In this document: piece by piece, positions 1 to 9,282 of the stretch | Layout of the letters: the number at the start of each line of letters is the position of its first letter | How positions within the stretch are numbered: position 1 is the stretch's first letter | From: an uncultured Acidobacteriota bacterium | Lineage (GTDB): Bacteria > Acidobacteriota > UBA6911 > RPQK01 > CBDAPI01 | Direction: 5' to 3' | Assembly (NCBI GenBank): GCA_964569605.1 | Contig: CAZMUJ010000099.1 | Location: forward strand, 6,072-70,071 | DNA: 64,000 nt | Position numbers and translations under genes: made by a program | Notes under the pieces: generated by a model | Seen by the model: the letters and a program-made list of their open reading frames with translations, nothing else | Told to the model about the DNA's origin: nothing | Databases searched by the model: none

Positions 1-1
1 A

Positions 2-739
2 GAAAAGACTGGTCTACTAAGACCGGGAAAAACAATTCTTGATGCAACGTCAGGTAATACGGGAATTGCTTTGGCAATGATTGGTGCATTGCGAGGATAT
101 GCGGTTGAACTAGCATTGCCCAAGAACGTTACTCCAGAAAGAAAGCAGATTCTGGCTAGTTATGGTGCAACTTTCCACCTTACCGATCCCCTCGAAGGAG
201 CGGATGGGGCCATCCAGAAGGCTCGGGAGCTTGCTGCATCTGATCCAGACAAGTATTACTATTCCGATCAGTACAGCAATCCCTCCAATTGGCAGGCACA
301 TTTTCATGGGACAGCTCCTGAGATTTATCATCAACTAGATGGAGAAATTACCCATTTTTTGGCAGGAATCGGGACTTCAGGGACTTTTGTAGGCACATCT
401 CGAGGACTTAAAAAGCTTGATCCGAGAATACAGGTTGTTTCCTTTATCCCTAGTGATCCATTGCATGGTTTGGAAGGGCTGAAACATCTTCCTACAGCGA
501 TGGTGCCAGCGATTTATGATCCTGACATAGCAGATACTGAGTTGACGGCTGAAACTGAAGAGGCTTATGAGATGGCTCGGCGTCTTGCACTGGAGGAGGG
601 GCTTTTTGTCGGACCTTCGTCGGCAGCAGCAGTGGTAGCATCTATTCAGTTAGCCCAAGAAATTAGTACTGGGACCATTGTTACTGTTTTTCCAGATAGC
701 GGATTGAAGTATGTTTCGGAGGAGTTCTGGGACAGTTGA
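2..739 (+). CDS. cysM: PLP-dependent cysteine synthase (CysM/CysK family), 5' end truncated by window edge
   Basis: Frame stays open upstream of the track start at 71, reading EKTGLLRPGKTILDATSGNTGIALAM. Contains DATSGNTG, DQYSNPSN, GIGTSGT and GPSS motifs of fold-type II PLP cysteine synthases. Confidence 0.9.
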   Translation, partial: EKTGLLRPGKTILDATSGNTGIALAMIGALRGYAVELALPKNVTPERKQILASYGATFHLTDPLEGADGAIQKARELAASDPDKYYYSDQYSNPSNWQAHFHGTAPEIYHQLDGEITHFLAGIGTSGTFVGTSRGLKKLDPRIQVVSFIPSDPLHGLEGLKHLPTAMVPAIYDPDIADTELTAETEEAYEMARRLALEEGLFVGPSSAAAVVASIQLAQEISTGTIVTVFPDSGLKYVSEEFWDS

Positions 740-1194
740 TTCACCCAGATAAAACAAGAATTAGATGTGTCAAAATGCTTAGGATTTCTACAGTTCAGTT
801 CGAAGAGGTGAAAAACATTTTAGAGAATGCATATCCAATGGAAGGGTGTGGAATTCTGACAGGGAAGGTTTTAGAAGACAGGAAGATTGTTCTGGAAATC
901 AGACGAGCGACCAATAAACGAGAGGATACCCAGAAAAGGTATCTTATCGATCCCACTGTGATAAGGGATTTAGAGAAGGAGCTTCGTCTTATCTCATTGG
1001 ATATATTGGGTTTTTTTCACTCTCATCCAGATGTGGAAGCTGTTCCTTCAGATTATGATCGCGTTCATGCCTGGCCTTGGTTTTCCTATCTCATTGTTTC
1101 AGTGCAAAAGGGGAAGAGTGAAGAAGCCCGGTCTTGGGTTTTAGATGAGGACCGCTCTTCATTTCTTGAGGAATCGTTGGTCATTACTGATTAA
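736..1194 (+). CDS. JAMM/MPN+ (Mov34) metallopeptidase, Mec-like
   Basis: E..GC motif plus HSHPD-x7-S-x2-D JAMM Zn motif (FFHSHPDVEAVPSDYD); overlaps the cysM stop. True start may be ATG 775. Confidence 0.85.
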   Translation: MIHPDKTRIRCVKMLRISTVQFEEVKNILENAYPMEGCGILTGKVLEDRKIVLEIRRATNKREDTQKRYLIDPTVIRDLEKELRLISLDILGFFHSHPDVEAVPSDYDRVHAWPWFSYLIVSVQKGKSEEARSWVLDEDRSSFLEESLVITD

Positions 1195-1249
1195 AGGACG
1201 CCGAATCCCGAAAGTCAATTTCATAAACTAGTGATCAGATAGTAGGTGG

Positions 1250-3091
1250 ATGAAGGAAACGTTTGCAGTTCGTGTAGGCACCCGAAAGTCAAACCTTGCA
1301 TGCCAACAGGCAGCACATGTAGTTGATCTATTAACAAATGTTCAACCTAGCTTAATCTGCAAGATTAAAACTATGCTTACTGAGGGTGATCGGAGATCTA
1401 AGGTTCCTTTGATCCATATGTCAGGTCGGGGGGTTTTCACGAATCAAATTGAGGATTCCCTGAAGGCAGGAAAGATCGATATTGCAGTACATTCCCTTAA
1501 GGATCTTCCAATCGAGGAGGATCCAGATTTGTGTCTTGCTGCTGTCCCTGCCAGAGGAGATCCTCGAGAGTGTCTGATCAGCAGCTCAGGAGCAAGTCTT
1601 TTTTCCTTGCCCCCTGGAGCTGTTGTCGGCACAAGTAGTACTCGGCGTGAAGCGCAGCTTAGGGCCCTCAGGCCTGACCTAGTATTTCGTCCCATTCGGG
1701 GTAATGTTGATACACGTATTTGCAAGGTTTTAGAGGGGTCTCTTTATGACGCAATTTTGTTAGCAGCTTCGGGGATTAAGCGCCTTAATTTGGATCATCA
1801 TGTGAGTGAGTGGCTTTCATTGGACAGAATATTACCGGCTCCTGGACAGGGTGCTTTAGCCATTCAATGTCGAAAAAATGATTTTCTGAATCGCACCAGA
1901 ATTGCAACAATAGACAATCCGCACGTTCGAGCCTCTGTTACCGCAGAGCGAATGTTTTTGGCAGAGCTTGGAGGAGGATGTGCTTTCCCGATAGCAGCTT
2001 TTGCAAACTGGGTTGAAAACACCAGTGGCGGTGAGATCCATTTCAAGGGAGCCGTTTTTTCTAGTGATGGGAAACGTCAGGTTTCCGTTAATGGCGTTGG
2101 TGACAGTGCACGAGAACTGGGTCGTTCAATGGCTCATCAGGCCTTGAAGTTAGGAGCTGGATCTCTTGGATTAATTAGGTCTATTAAACGATTAACTCAC
2201 CCTCTCCTAGGAAAACGTATTGTGGTTACTCGGGCAGTTTCCCAAGCACAGTACTTGACAGATAAACTTCAGTCTCTAGGAGCAAATCCCCTTAATCTTC
2301 CATTGGTTCGGATTGCAACTCTTCCGAAGCCAGAAACATTGAAAGATATAAGTTGCAGGCTTGATGAATATGATTGGGTCGTTTTCACGAGTGTTAATTG
2401 TGTCAAATCATGGCTGCAGTTGGTGCCAAACCCTAAACTAAATCCCGCAAAAACCAAAATTGCTGCAGTCGGTTCCAGAACAGCAGCCCAGCTTTCAAAG
2501 GGAAGCTTGAGACCATCTTTGGTTCCTCCAGAATTCTCTAAGGAGCATCTAGTAAAAGAAATGGGTGATGTGCAAGGACTTCAAATCCTTCTCCCTAGAG
2601 GTGAACTCGCAGGCCCTGAACTCTTAAATCTTCTGCAATCACGCGGGGCAAGGGTGGATGAAATAATTCTTTATCAGACTCTTCCAGTGGTTCCAGATCA
2701 AGAACAGCTTGATCTAATTGCTAGGGGTATTGATGCGGTTCTTTTTACCAGCAGCTCAACAGTACGTAATTTTGTTGCTGTCCTAAACGATTTTTGTCTT
2801 AGTCCGTCGCAGCTGCAGGGGGCTATCATTGTATGCATCGGTCCGGCTACTGCTAGGACTGCTGTGGAATTGGGCCTTATTAGTAGTGGTTTAGATTCGG
2901 GAGAAAACACAATCCCTATCTCAAAAGGATCTCATGCAGTACCCGTGAGAGAAAAGGTGGCTGCTATAGGTATAGATTCTGTGAAAGATGTTAAGGAATT
3001 AGAGAAGCCTATTTTTTCAAAACTTATCATCGCTAAGAACTTTACGACTGAGGGAGTCATTGAAGCTTTGATAGATTATTATCAGGATTAA
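1250..3091 (+). CDS. hemC: Fused hydroxymethylbilane synthase / uroporphyrinogen-III synthase (HemC-HemD)
   Basis: N-half has GTRKSNLA, AVHSLKDLP, GTSSTRR, IRGNVDTR and the cofactor Cys in LGGGCAFP. C-half has KRIVVTRA, WVVFTSVN, AVGSRTA, FTSSSTV and CIGPATA (HemD). Confidence 0.92.
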   Translation: MKETFAVRVGTRKSNLACQQAAHVVDLLTNVQPSLICKIKTMLTEGDRRSKVPLIHMSGRGVFTNQIEDSLKAGKIDIAVHSLKDLPIEEDPDLCLAAVPARGDPRECLISSSGASLFSLPPGAVVGTSSTRREAQLRALRPDLVFRPIRGNVDTRICKVLEGSLYDAILLAASGIKRLNLDHHVSEWLSLDRILPAPGQGALAIQCRKNDFLNRTRIATIDNPHVRASVTAERMFLAELGGGCAFPIAAFANWVENTSGGEIHFKGAVFSSDGKRQVSVNGVGDSARELGRSMAHQALKLGAGSLGLIRSIKRLTHPLLGKRIVVTRAVSQAQYLTDKLQSLGANPLNLPLVRIATLPKPETLKDISCRLDEYDWVVFTSVNCVKSWLQLVPNPKLNPAKTKIAAVGSRTAAQLSKGSLRPSLVPPEFSKEHLVKEMGDVQGLQILLPRGELAGPELLNLLQSRGARVDEIILYQTLPVVPDQEQLDLIARGIDAVLFTSSSTVRNFVAVLNDFCLSPSQLQGAIIVCIGPATARTAVELGLISSGLDSGENTIPISKGSHAVPVREKVAAIGIDSVKDVKELEKPIFSKLIIAKNFTTEGVIEALIDYYQD

Positions 3092-3095
3092 GGTA

Positions 3096-4148
3096 ATGAC
3101 AGAAAAAGATCGGATTTTTAAAGAATCTAGAATTGAAGCAAAAGCATCAACAGCGATCAAAAAACGTCCCCGGCGCTTGAGAAGAACAAAGGCTCTTAGG
3201 AAAATGATCCGGGAGACTTCCTTAGAGACTTGCAATTTTGTTCAACCACTTTTTGTTACTTCCGAAACAAAAGAACGACAGCCTATCTCCTCAATGCCAA
3301 ATGTATTTCAGCTTCCCGTTGAAGAAGTGGCAGAAGAAGCTCAAAAGATTCATGCTCTTGGTATTTCTGCAGGTATACTCGTTGCTATTCCTTCTACCAA
3401 AGATTTGCTAGGCTCCGAAAATTTTTCCCCAGAAGGGGTTATTCCGAGAGCAATTAGGGAGATCAAAAAATCTGTTCCAGAACTGGTTGTAATCACAGAT
3501 GTTTGCATGTGTGAGTACACCTCTAATGGCCATTGTGGGGTGTTGAACTCCCAAGCTGGTGAATCAAAAACAGGATTTGAGCCGCTTAACGACCAAACCT
3601 TAGATGTTCTTAAAAAGGTGGCTCTAATTCATGCACAAGCTGGAGCAGATATGGTTGCGCCTAGCGGGATGATGGATGGTATGGTGGGCGTACTCCGATC
3701 AGAACTAGATCTTTGGGATTTTACTCATGTAGCAATACTCTCTTACACTGTCAAATATGCTTCTGCCTTGTACGGACCCTTTCGTCAAGCTGCTAAAGGG
3801 GCTCCTGCCTTTGGAGATCGAAAAAGCCATCAAATGGACCCGGCTAATTCCAATGAAGCCCTCCGCGAAGCAATGCTGGATGTAGAAGAGGGAGCAGATT
3901 TTTTAATGGTGAAGCCAGCTCTTCCATATCTTGACGTACTATGGCGGTTACGAAAACGGTTTCCAGAAATGCCGCTCGCTGCATACCATGTCAGTGGAGA
4001 GTATTCGATGGTAAAGGCTTCTGTTGCCAATGGATGGATAAACGAGAGACAGGCGGTATTGGAAATCTTAACCAGCATTCGTAGAGCAGGAGCCAACCTG
4101 ATCATCACTTATTATGCCCAAGAAGTTGCAGGGTGGATGAGACATTAG
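3096..4148 (+). CDS. hemB: Porphobilinogen synthase (ALA dehydratase)
   Basis: RPRRLR, Zn motif DVCMCEYTSNGHCG, APSGMMDG, YGPFRQAA, MVKPA, AYHVSGEY. Confidence 0.96.
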   Translation: MTEKDRIFKESRIEAKASTAIKKRPRRLRRTKALRKMIRETSLETCNFVQPLFVTSETKERQPISSMPNVFQLPVEEVAEEAQKIHALGISAGILVAIPSTKDLLGSENFSPEGVIPRAIREIKKSVPELVVITDVCMCEYTSNGHCGVLNSQAGESKTGFEPLNDQTLDVLKKVALIHAQAGADMVAPSGMMDGMVGVLRSELDLWDFTHVAILSYTVKYASALYGPFRQAAKGAPAFGDRKSHQMDPANSNEALREAMLDVEEGADFLMVKPALPYLDVLWRLRKRFPEMPLAAYHVSGEYSMVKASVANGWINERQAVLEILTSIRRAGANLIITYYAQEVAGWMRH

Positions 4149-4208
4149 ATGGCACCAATTTCCCTATTTATCTTACAAACATTTAACAGGTAATTTTCAA
4201 ACGTTTCT

Positions 4209-6179
4209 ATGAGTGAAAATAACACCGAAGGCGTGAACCGAATTTGGGTATATAGCTTCGTTTTATTACCAATTATTCTTGGCATCGGGCAATTGTTTAT
4301 CGGTTCAGGTAGAGATCTTCCGACTTTTGTGGTGATAGATGACAAAGACGGTGATGTCGGTGGCCCAGAGGAACTTGTCTTCATGCTTCAATATCTGGGA
4401 ACTGATTATGAATTGGCAGTGAAGGATGGAACAGTCATCAATCATTTTGAGTTCAACGAGATGATTGACTTCAGCCAATCTATAGTTGAGAGGTATCGAG
4501 AACTAAACCCTGAAAATTCAAACAACATTCTTTCCGATTTACTTAATCTGGAAAATCTTGTGAATGCAAAATCCCACAAAAATAAAGTCAGAACCCAAGC
4601 AGCACGCCTAGTTAAGATTCTATCTAATGAGTTTAACGTTACACCGTTTCCTGCAAGACCTCCAAATTCTTCAAAAGGTAAACTTCTCTATAAAACGAAT
4701 TGCGCGAGCTGCCATGGAGATACTGGTGCGGGAGATGGTCCTTCTGTATCAGAAGGGCTGATGGATCCTATGCCCCGATCATTCCGAGATCAGCGCCTAA
4801 ATTCAATTGCACCATATCAGGTATACAATGCGGTGACCTTCGGAGTTGAAGGGACAGACATGCCAGCCCACGAAACTCTTGACATGCAGGAACGGTGGGC
4901 TGTCTCATTCTTTGTGTTTTCTCTGCAGGAAGACTTTTCTCCTTTAGAACCTAGAAGGGAATTCAAGTTAAATTTAAGGGAACTTGCTACTCAGTCAAAA
5001 CAAGAACTCGCCTCTGTTTTCTCAGATTTAGAGAAAGACCAATTGAATGGGTATGTTGACTATCTGCGGTTTTATCCTCCTGGACCTTCCCCTATAGAAC
5101 TGTTGGCATTGTCTCGCGACACTATCAATAGGAGCGTAGCTGCCTATCGAACAGGAGATAATGTTGGGGCTAGAGAGCTAGCCTTAGATGCTTATCTTTA
5201 CGGAATTGAACCGGTAGAAGCAGAACTCAGGTTACTGAATGCAACTATAGTAGATCGCTTAGAGCGTGAGTTAGCAAGTTATCGCATGAGTCTGAAGTAT
5301 GAAGACTCGTTAGAGAAGCACCTGCTAGTAGCAAAACAACTAACAGGAACTATTCAGGAAGCAGAGCGAAGTTTTTCACAGGTTTGGGGTGGGTCTTTTT
5401 TTACTTTTCTACAATCTCTTACAATTATTTTGAGGGAAGGTATTGAGGCAGCGCTGTTAGTGGGATTGTTGTTGGCATATTTATTCAAAATCAGGAGATT
5501 AGCCCTCCTTAAACTTGTTTATTTTGGATGTGCCTTGGGTGTTGTGGCGGGGCTTTTGACCTGGCTAGTTGGGAAACATTTATTGCTAGCTGTGGGTCAT
5601 AGAGAAGCTCTGGAAGCAATAACTTCGCTGTTGGCTGCCTCTGTTTTGTTTTGGTTAAGTTTATGGATCTTTCACAATTATGACGTAAAAAAATGGACAG
5701 GTTACATGCAGAAGCAGACTTCTCAAGCAGTGAAGACTGGAAGTGGATGGATGGTTGCCCTGTCTGCCTTTCTAGCAGTTTATCGTGAGGCAGTTGAAAC
5801 CCTTTTATTTTACCAGGTTTTGTGGTTACGTAGCAGGGGTTCAGGTCTGATCATCCTTGTCGGTTTTTTGGCTGGAACATTGCTTTTATGTGTATTTGTA
5901 ATTCTCTGGTTGAAACTAGGAATACGTCTCGATTTAAAGCCGTTCTTCTTAGTAAGCGGATGCATTTTGGGTGTTCTCTCTGTGATTTTTTCCGGTTATG
6001 GTGTACGAGAATTGCAGAGTATCGGATATCTCAATGAAACTCCGTTGAGATGGATGATTTCAGTTCCCTTCTTGGAAATCTGGCCGGTTAGAGAAAGTCT
6101 TGGCTTGCAGTTGGGTATAGTTTTTTCTTGTCTCCTTGGTTGGCAGGTGGCGAAACGCTATCGTGTTAAAGATTTTTAA
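4209..6179 (+). CDS. Cytochrome c / FTR1 (EfeU/PbrT-like) high-affinity iron permease fusion
   Basis: N-terminal TM, CASCH heme motif, GTDMP axial Met region, and C-terminal multi-TM domain with two RExxE motifs (ILREGIEA, VYREAVET). Confidence 0.88.
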   Translation: MSENNTEGVNRIWVYSFVLLPIILGIGQLFIGSGRDLPTFVVIDDKDGDVGGPEELVFMLQYLGTDYELAVKDGTVINHFEFNEMIDFSQSIVERYRELNPENSNNILSDLLNLENLVNAKSHKNKVRTQAARLVKILSNEFNVTPFPARPPNSSKGKLLYKTNCASCHGDTGAGDGPSVSEGLMDPMPRSFRDQRLNSIAPYQVYNAVTFGVEGTDMPAHETLDMQERWAVSFFVFSLQEDFSPLEPRREFKLNLRELATQSKQELASVFSDLEKDQLNGYVDYLRFYPPGPSPIELLALSRDTINRSVAAYRTGDNVGARELALDAYLYGIEPVEAELRLLNATIVDRLERELASYRMSLKYEDSLEKHLLVAKQLTGTIQEAERSFSQVWGGSFFTFLQSLTIILREGIEAALLVGLLLAYLFKIRRLALLKLVYFGCALGVVAGLLTWLVGKHLLLAVGHREALEAITSLLAASVLFWLSLWIFHNYDVKKWTGYMQKQTSQAVKTGSGWMVALSAFLAVYREAVETLLFYQVLWLRSRGSGLIILVGFLAGTLLLCVFVILWLKLGIRLDLKPFFLVSGCILGVLSVIFSGYGVRELQSIGYLNETPLRWMISVPFLEIWPVRESLGLQLGIVFSCLLGWQVAKRYRVKDF

Positions 6180-6400
6180 CTCCACTGTTTTTCAGGTTTT
6201 CTACTTTCCTTATTGCGCCTGACAAGGTTAAGGTTCCCTGATAGTTTTGTAACTAAAAAAGGAGGAGTCTTATGCTGGCATGGCAAGGTGAAACTCTGTA
6301 GAAAAAATATTTGAAGATATACTCACATTGTGAGAATTTTAGGGAAGTCAAATAATAACGGCGTGTATATTTCCCCCATATTGGAGAAGAAGGATATGTT

Positions 6401-7468
6401 TTGTTAAGGGAAAGCAAAATTATTGTAATTGGAATCGTGAGCTTAGGTTGTTCTCTTCTTGCACAGTCTACGAATATTTGGAAAAGTCACGATTTACAGC
6501 GTCCCTCACCTACCGTTGTTCTGCCTTCCTCTCAGTTGCTTCCGGTGGCACCACCTTCTGATGCTGTCATTCTTTTCACAGGAAAGGATTTTTCGAAGTG
6601 GAGATCTTTAGATGGGAGTCCTCCTGACTGGAAGTTGGCAGATGGGTACATGGAAGTCGTTGAAGGTGCGGGGGACATTTGGTCCCGTGATGTTTTTGGT
6701 GATGTCCAGTTACATATAGAGTGGATGATTCCAGACTCTAAGGGCATAGGACAAAATTCCGGAAATAGTGGTATCTTTTTGATGAGTCAATATGAGATCC
6801 AGGTTCTGAATTCCTTTGAATCAGTCACGTATGCAGATGGCCAAGCTGGTGCTGTATACGGACAATATCCACCCCTTGTAAATGCTTCTATGCCGCCGTG
6901 GAGTTGGCAAGCCTATGATGTTGTGTTTCGACGTCCCCGGTTTGATAGTAACGGAGAGGTCTTGCAGCGAGCTCGTATGACAGTATTTCATAACGGAATC
7001 TTAATTCAAGATTCTGTAGAGCTCGCTGGTCCTACGGATTGGTTACATCCTCGACCGTATAAGTCACATCCTGACAGGCTCCCGCTCAAGTTGCAGGAAC
7101 ACGCTTCAAAAGTTCGCTTCCGAAACATCTGGATACGCCGGCTCAACAAGATTTCTCAATTTAGTCCTGATGTTGAAGAACCCTTGGCACATTTCTTGCC
7201 AGAAAAGGAACTGCTTAAGTATGTAGGACCGTATGAATTTGCAAACGGGATTAAATTTTTTGTCAAACTTGATCAAGGTGTATTGCTTGGCAATTTGAAC
7301 CCAAAGACCAAGTCAAAGCGCGTGGAGTTAGTACCCCAATTAAAAGGTGAATTTGTATTACGCCGGACTGCAGCCCGTCTGGTTTTCGATCTTGGTGAGG
7401 ATGGGATTCCAAAAGGATTTGTTTTTCATATTGGGCTTCTACAATTCAGTGCTCGAAGGATACGGTGA
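6401..7468 (+). CDS. Exported DUF1080 (3-keto-disaccharide hydrolase family) protein with extra C-terminal domain
   Basis: Signal peptide; PPSDAVILF, FGDVQLHIEW, GNSGIF, YEIQVL, GAVYGQYPP, WQAYDV, LQEH..KVRFRNIWIR motifs. The last ~100 aa resemble DUF3471-type domains. Confidence 0.85.
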   Translation: MLRESKIIVIGIVSLGCSLLAQSTNIWKSHDLQRPSPTVVLPSSQLLPVAPPSDAVILFTGKDFSKWRSLDGSPPDWKLADGYMEVVEGAGDIWSRDVFGDVQLHIEWMIPDSKGIGQNSGNSGIFLMSQYEIQVLNSFESVTYADGQAGAVYGQYPPLVNASMPPWSWQAYDVVFRRPRFDSNGEVLQRARMTVFHNGILIQDSVELAGPTDWLHPRPYKSHPDRLPLKLQEHASKVRFRNIWIRRLNKISQFSPDVEEPLAHFLPEKELLKYVGPYEFANGIKFFVKLDQGVLLGNLNPKTKSKRVELVPQLKGEFVLRRTAARLVFDLGEDGIPKGFVFHIGLLQFSARRIR

Positions 7469-7529
7469 TCCTGGGAAGGTTTTTGTGAAGAATAATCAAC
7501 CCAAGTGGATGTTGCCAAAATTTTCAATG

Positions 7530-8990
7530 CTAGTGATTGTCAACTCTGTAATTGGGGGCTTCCTTAGTAACCACAACGTCATGCACATGTGATTCACGCA
7601 GACCCAAGTTGGTGACTTGGAGGAAAAACGTTTCTTTTTGGAGTTCTGGAATTGTGGATACACCGCAATAGCCCATTCCTGCACGCAAGCCACCTAGCAA
7701 GGTAGGAATTAGGTTTTCTATGGGGCCCTTGTATGGCACCCTTCCTTCGATGCCTTCAGGGACTAATTTCTCCTCCTTTGTATCCTCAATCCCGTAGCGA
7801 TCAGCTGATCTTCCACTCATGGCAGCTACTGATCCCATTCCTCGGTAGCTTTTGTAGCTTCTATTCTGGTAGAGAATCAACTCACCAGGTGACTCATCTG
7901 TTCCTGCGAAAAGATTTCCAATCATGACTGTGTCTGCGCCTGCAGCTAGGGCCTTAACAATATCTCCCGAATACTTGATTCCACCATCGGAAATTACTGG
8001 AAGCCCCAAAGTTTTTGCTATCTCCGCTGTTTCCAGGATTGCCGTGATCTGAGGAACCCCTGTTCCACTGATGACGCGGGTGGTACATATACTCCCTGGT
8101 CCCATACCAACCTTTACTGCATCTGCTCCGCTATCGTAAAGTTCCCGAGCGGCATCTCCAGAAGCAATGTTTCCAGCAATTAGGTCAGCACTGGACAGAC
8201 GTTTTTTGAGTTCTACTACTGTTTTGATTACACGGGAAGTGTGTCCATGTGCTGTATCAATGGTGATTACATCCGCTCCAGCGTTCTCAAGCTCTAGCGC
8301 TCTTTCCAAATAATCACCAGTAGTTCCAATGGCAGCACCTACTCGCAATCGGCCTAGTTGGTCCTTACAGGCATTCGGGTAAGCAATGGCTTTCATGATG
8401 TCCTTGACAGTTATCAGACCCTTTAGTTTAAAGTCATCATCGACAACGGGTAGCTTTTCGATTCGGTTCTCATGTAACTTACGCTTTGCCTTTTCAAGAA
8501 GGATCCCCTCTTTAACCGTCACTAGTTTTTTAGAGGTCATAATATCCGAAACTTTGAGATCCATATTAGATTCGAACCGCAGATCTCTATTTGTAACAAT
8601 GCCAAGTAGCTTTCCAGCAGGGTCTGTAATAGGCACTCCAGAGATATTATGTTTTTCCATAATAGAAACAACAGAGCTAATAGGGTCCTGCGGACCCATG
8701 GTGATGGGGTCAACGATCATTCCCGATTCGGAGCGCTTCACTTTATCGATTTCGGCAAGTTGGTTAGTGATGGTAAGGTTGCGGTGGATAATCCCAATTC
8801 CACCAAGACGGGCCAAGGCAACAGCCATCTTGGCTTCAGTGACTGTATCCATAGGTGAGGAGATCAGTGGAATTTGCAGTGAAATGTTGCGGGACAGAGT
8901 TGTCAAGAGATTAGCATCGGCAGGTACAACTTCACTGCGGCTGGGTTTAAGGAGCACATCATCAAAGCTGAGTGCTACAGGTATCTCCAT
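7530..8990 (-). CDS. guaB: IMP dehydrogenase
   Basis: [19 protein letters not shown] pair, DTAHGH, catalytic [21 protein letters not shown]. Confidence 0.98.
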   Translation of the reverse strand: MEIPVALSFDDVLLKPSRSEVVPADANLLTTLSRNISLQIPLISSPMDTVTEAKMAVALARLGGIGIIHRNLTITNQLAEIDKVKRSESGMIVDPITMGPQDPISSVVSIMEKHNISGVPITDPAGKLLGIVTNRDLRFESNMDLKVSDIMTSKKLVTVKEGILLEKAKRKLHENRIEKLPVVDDDFKLKGLITVKDIMKAIAYPNACKDQLGRLRVGAAIGTTGDYLERALELENAGADVITIDTAHGHTSRVIKTVVELKKRLSSADLIAGNIASGDAARELYDSGADAVKVGMGPGSICTTRVISGTGVPQITAILETAEIAKTLGLPVISDGGIKYSGDIVKALAAGADTVMIGNLFAGTDESPGELILYQNRSYKSYRGMGSVAAMSGRSADRYGIEDTKEEKLVPEGIEGRVPYKGPIENLIPTLLGGLRAGMGYCGVSTIPELQKETFFLQVTNLGLRESHVHDVVVTKEAPNYRVDNH

Positions 8991-9282
8991 GTACGGATTA
9001 TAGGGATGGTGTCGTGCCCTCGCAAGTGAGTTACGGGATAAGGTTCAGAGTTGAAAATTTAGATCTAGCGTTTTGTGTGTAACGTTGAAGCCATTAGACA
9101 AACCCTACAAGGAATGTATTTATCCCCAGAAATGTTCTTGAAGGTTTCCATTATCTGACTTCTTATACGGTTGAATTCTAGATGCTCTAAATTCGTTATT
9201 CCAAAAAATTCAAACAGGAATCTATCCTTTGGGAAGAGGTTGAAACCTTAGAGCTATAGTTAGGTGTTAAAATAAGAACACA

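Noticed and set aside
8386-9003. 205-aa antisense ORF over guaB, and the many other 60-160-aa overlapping ORFs in the track (e.g. 11449-11925, 33287-33673, 47685-48077)
   Set aside because: They lie antisense or out of frame within well-supported genes and have no motifs or RBS; treated as shadow ORFs.
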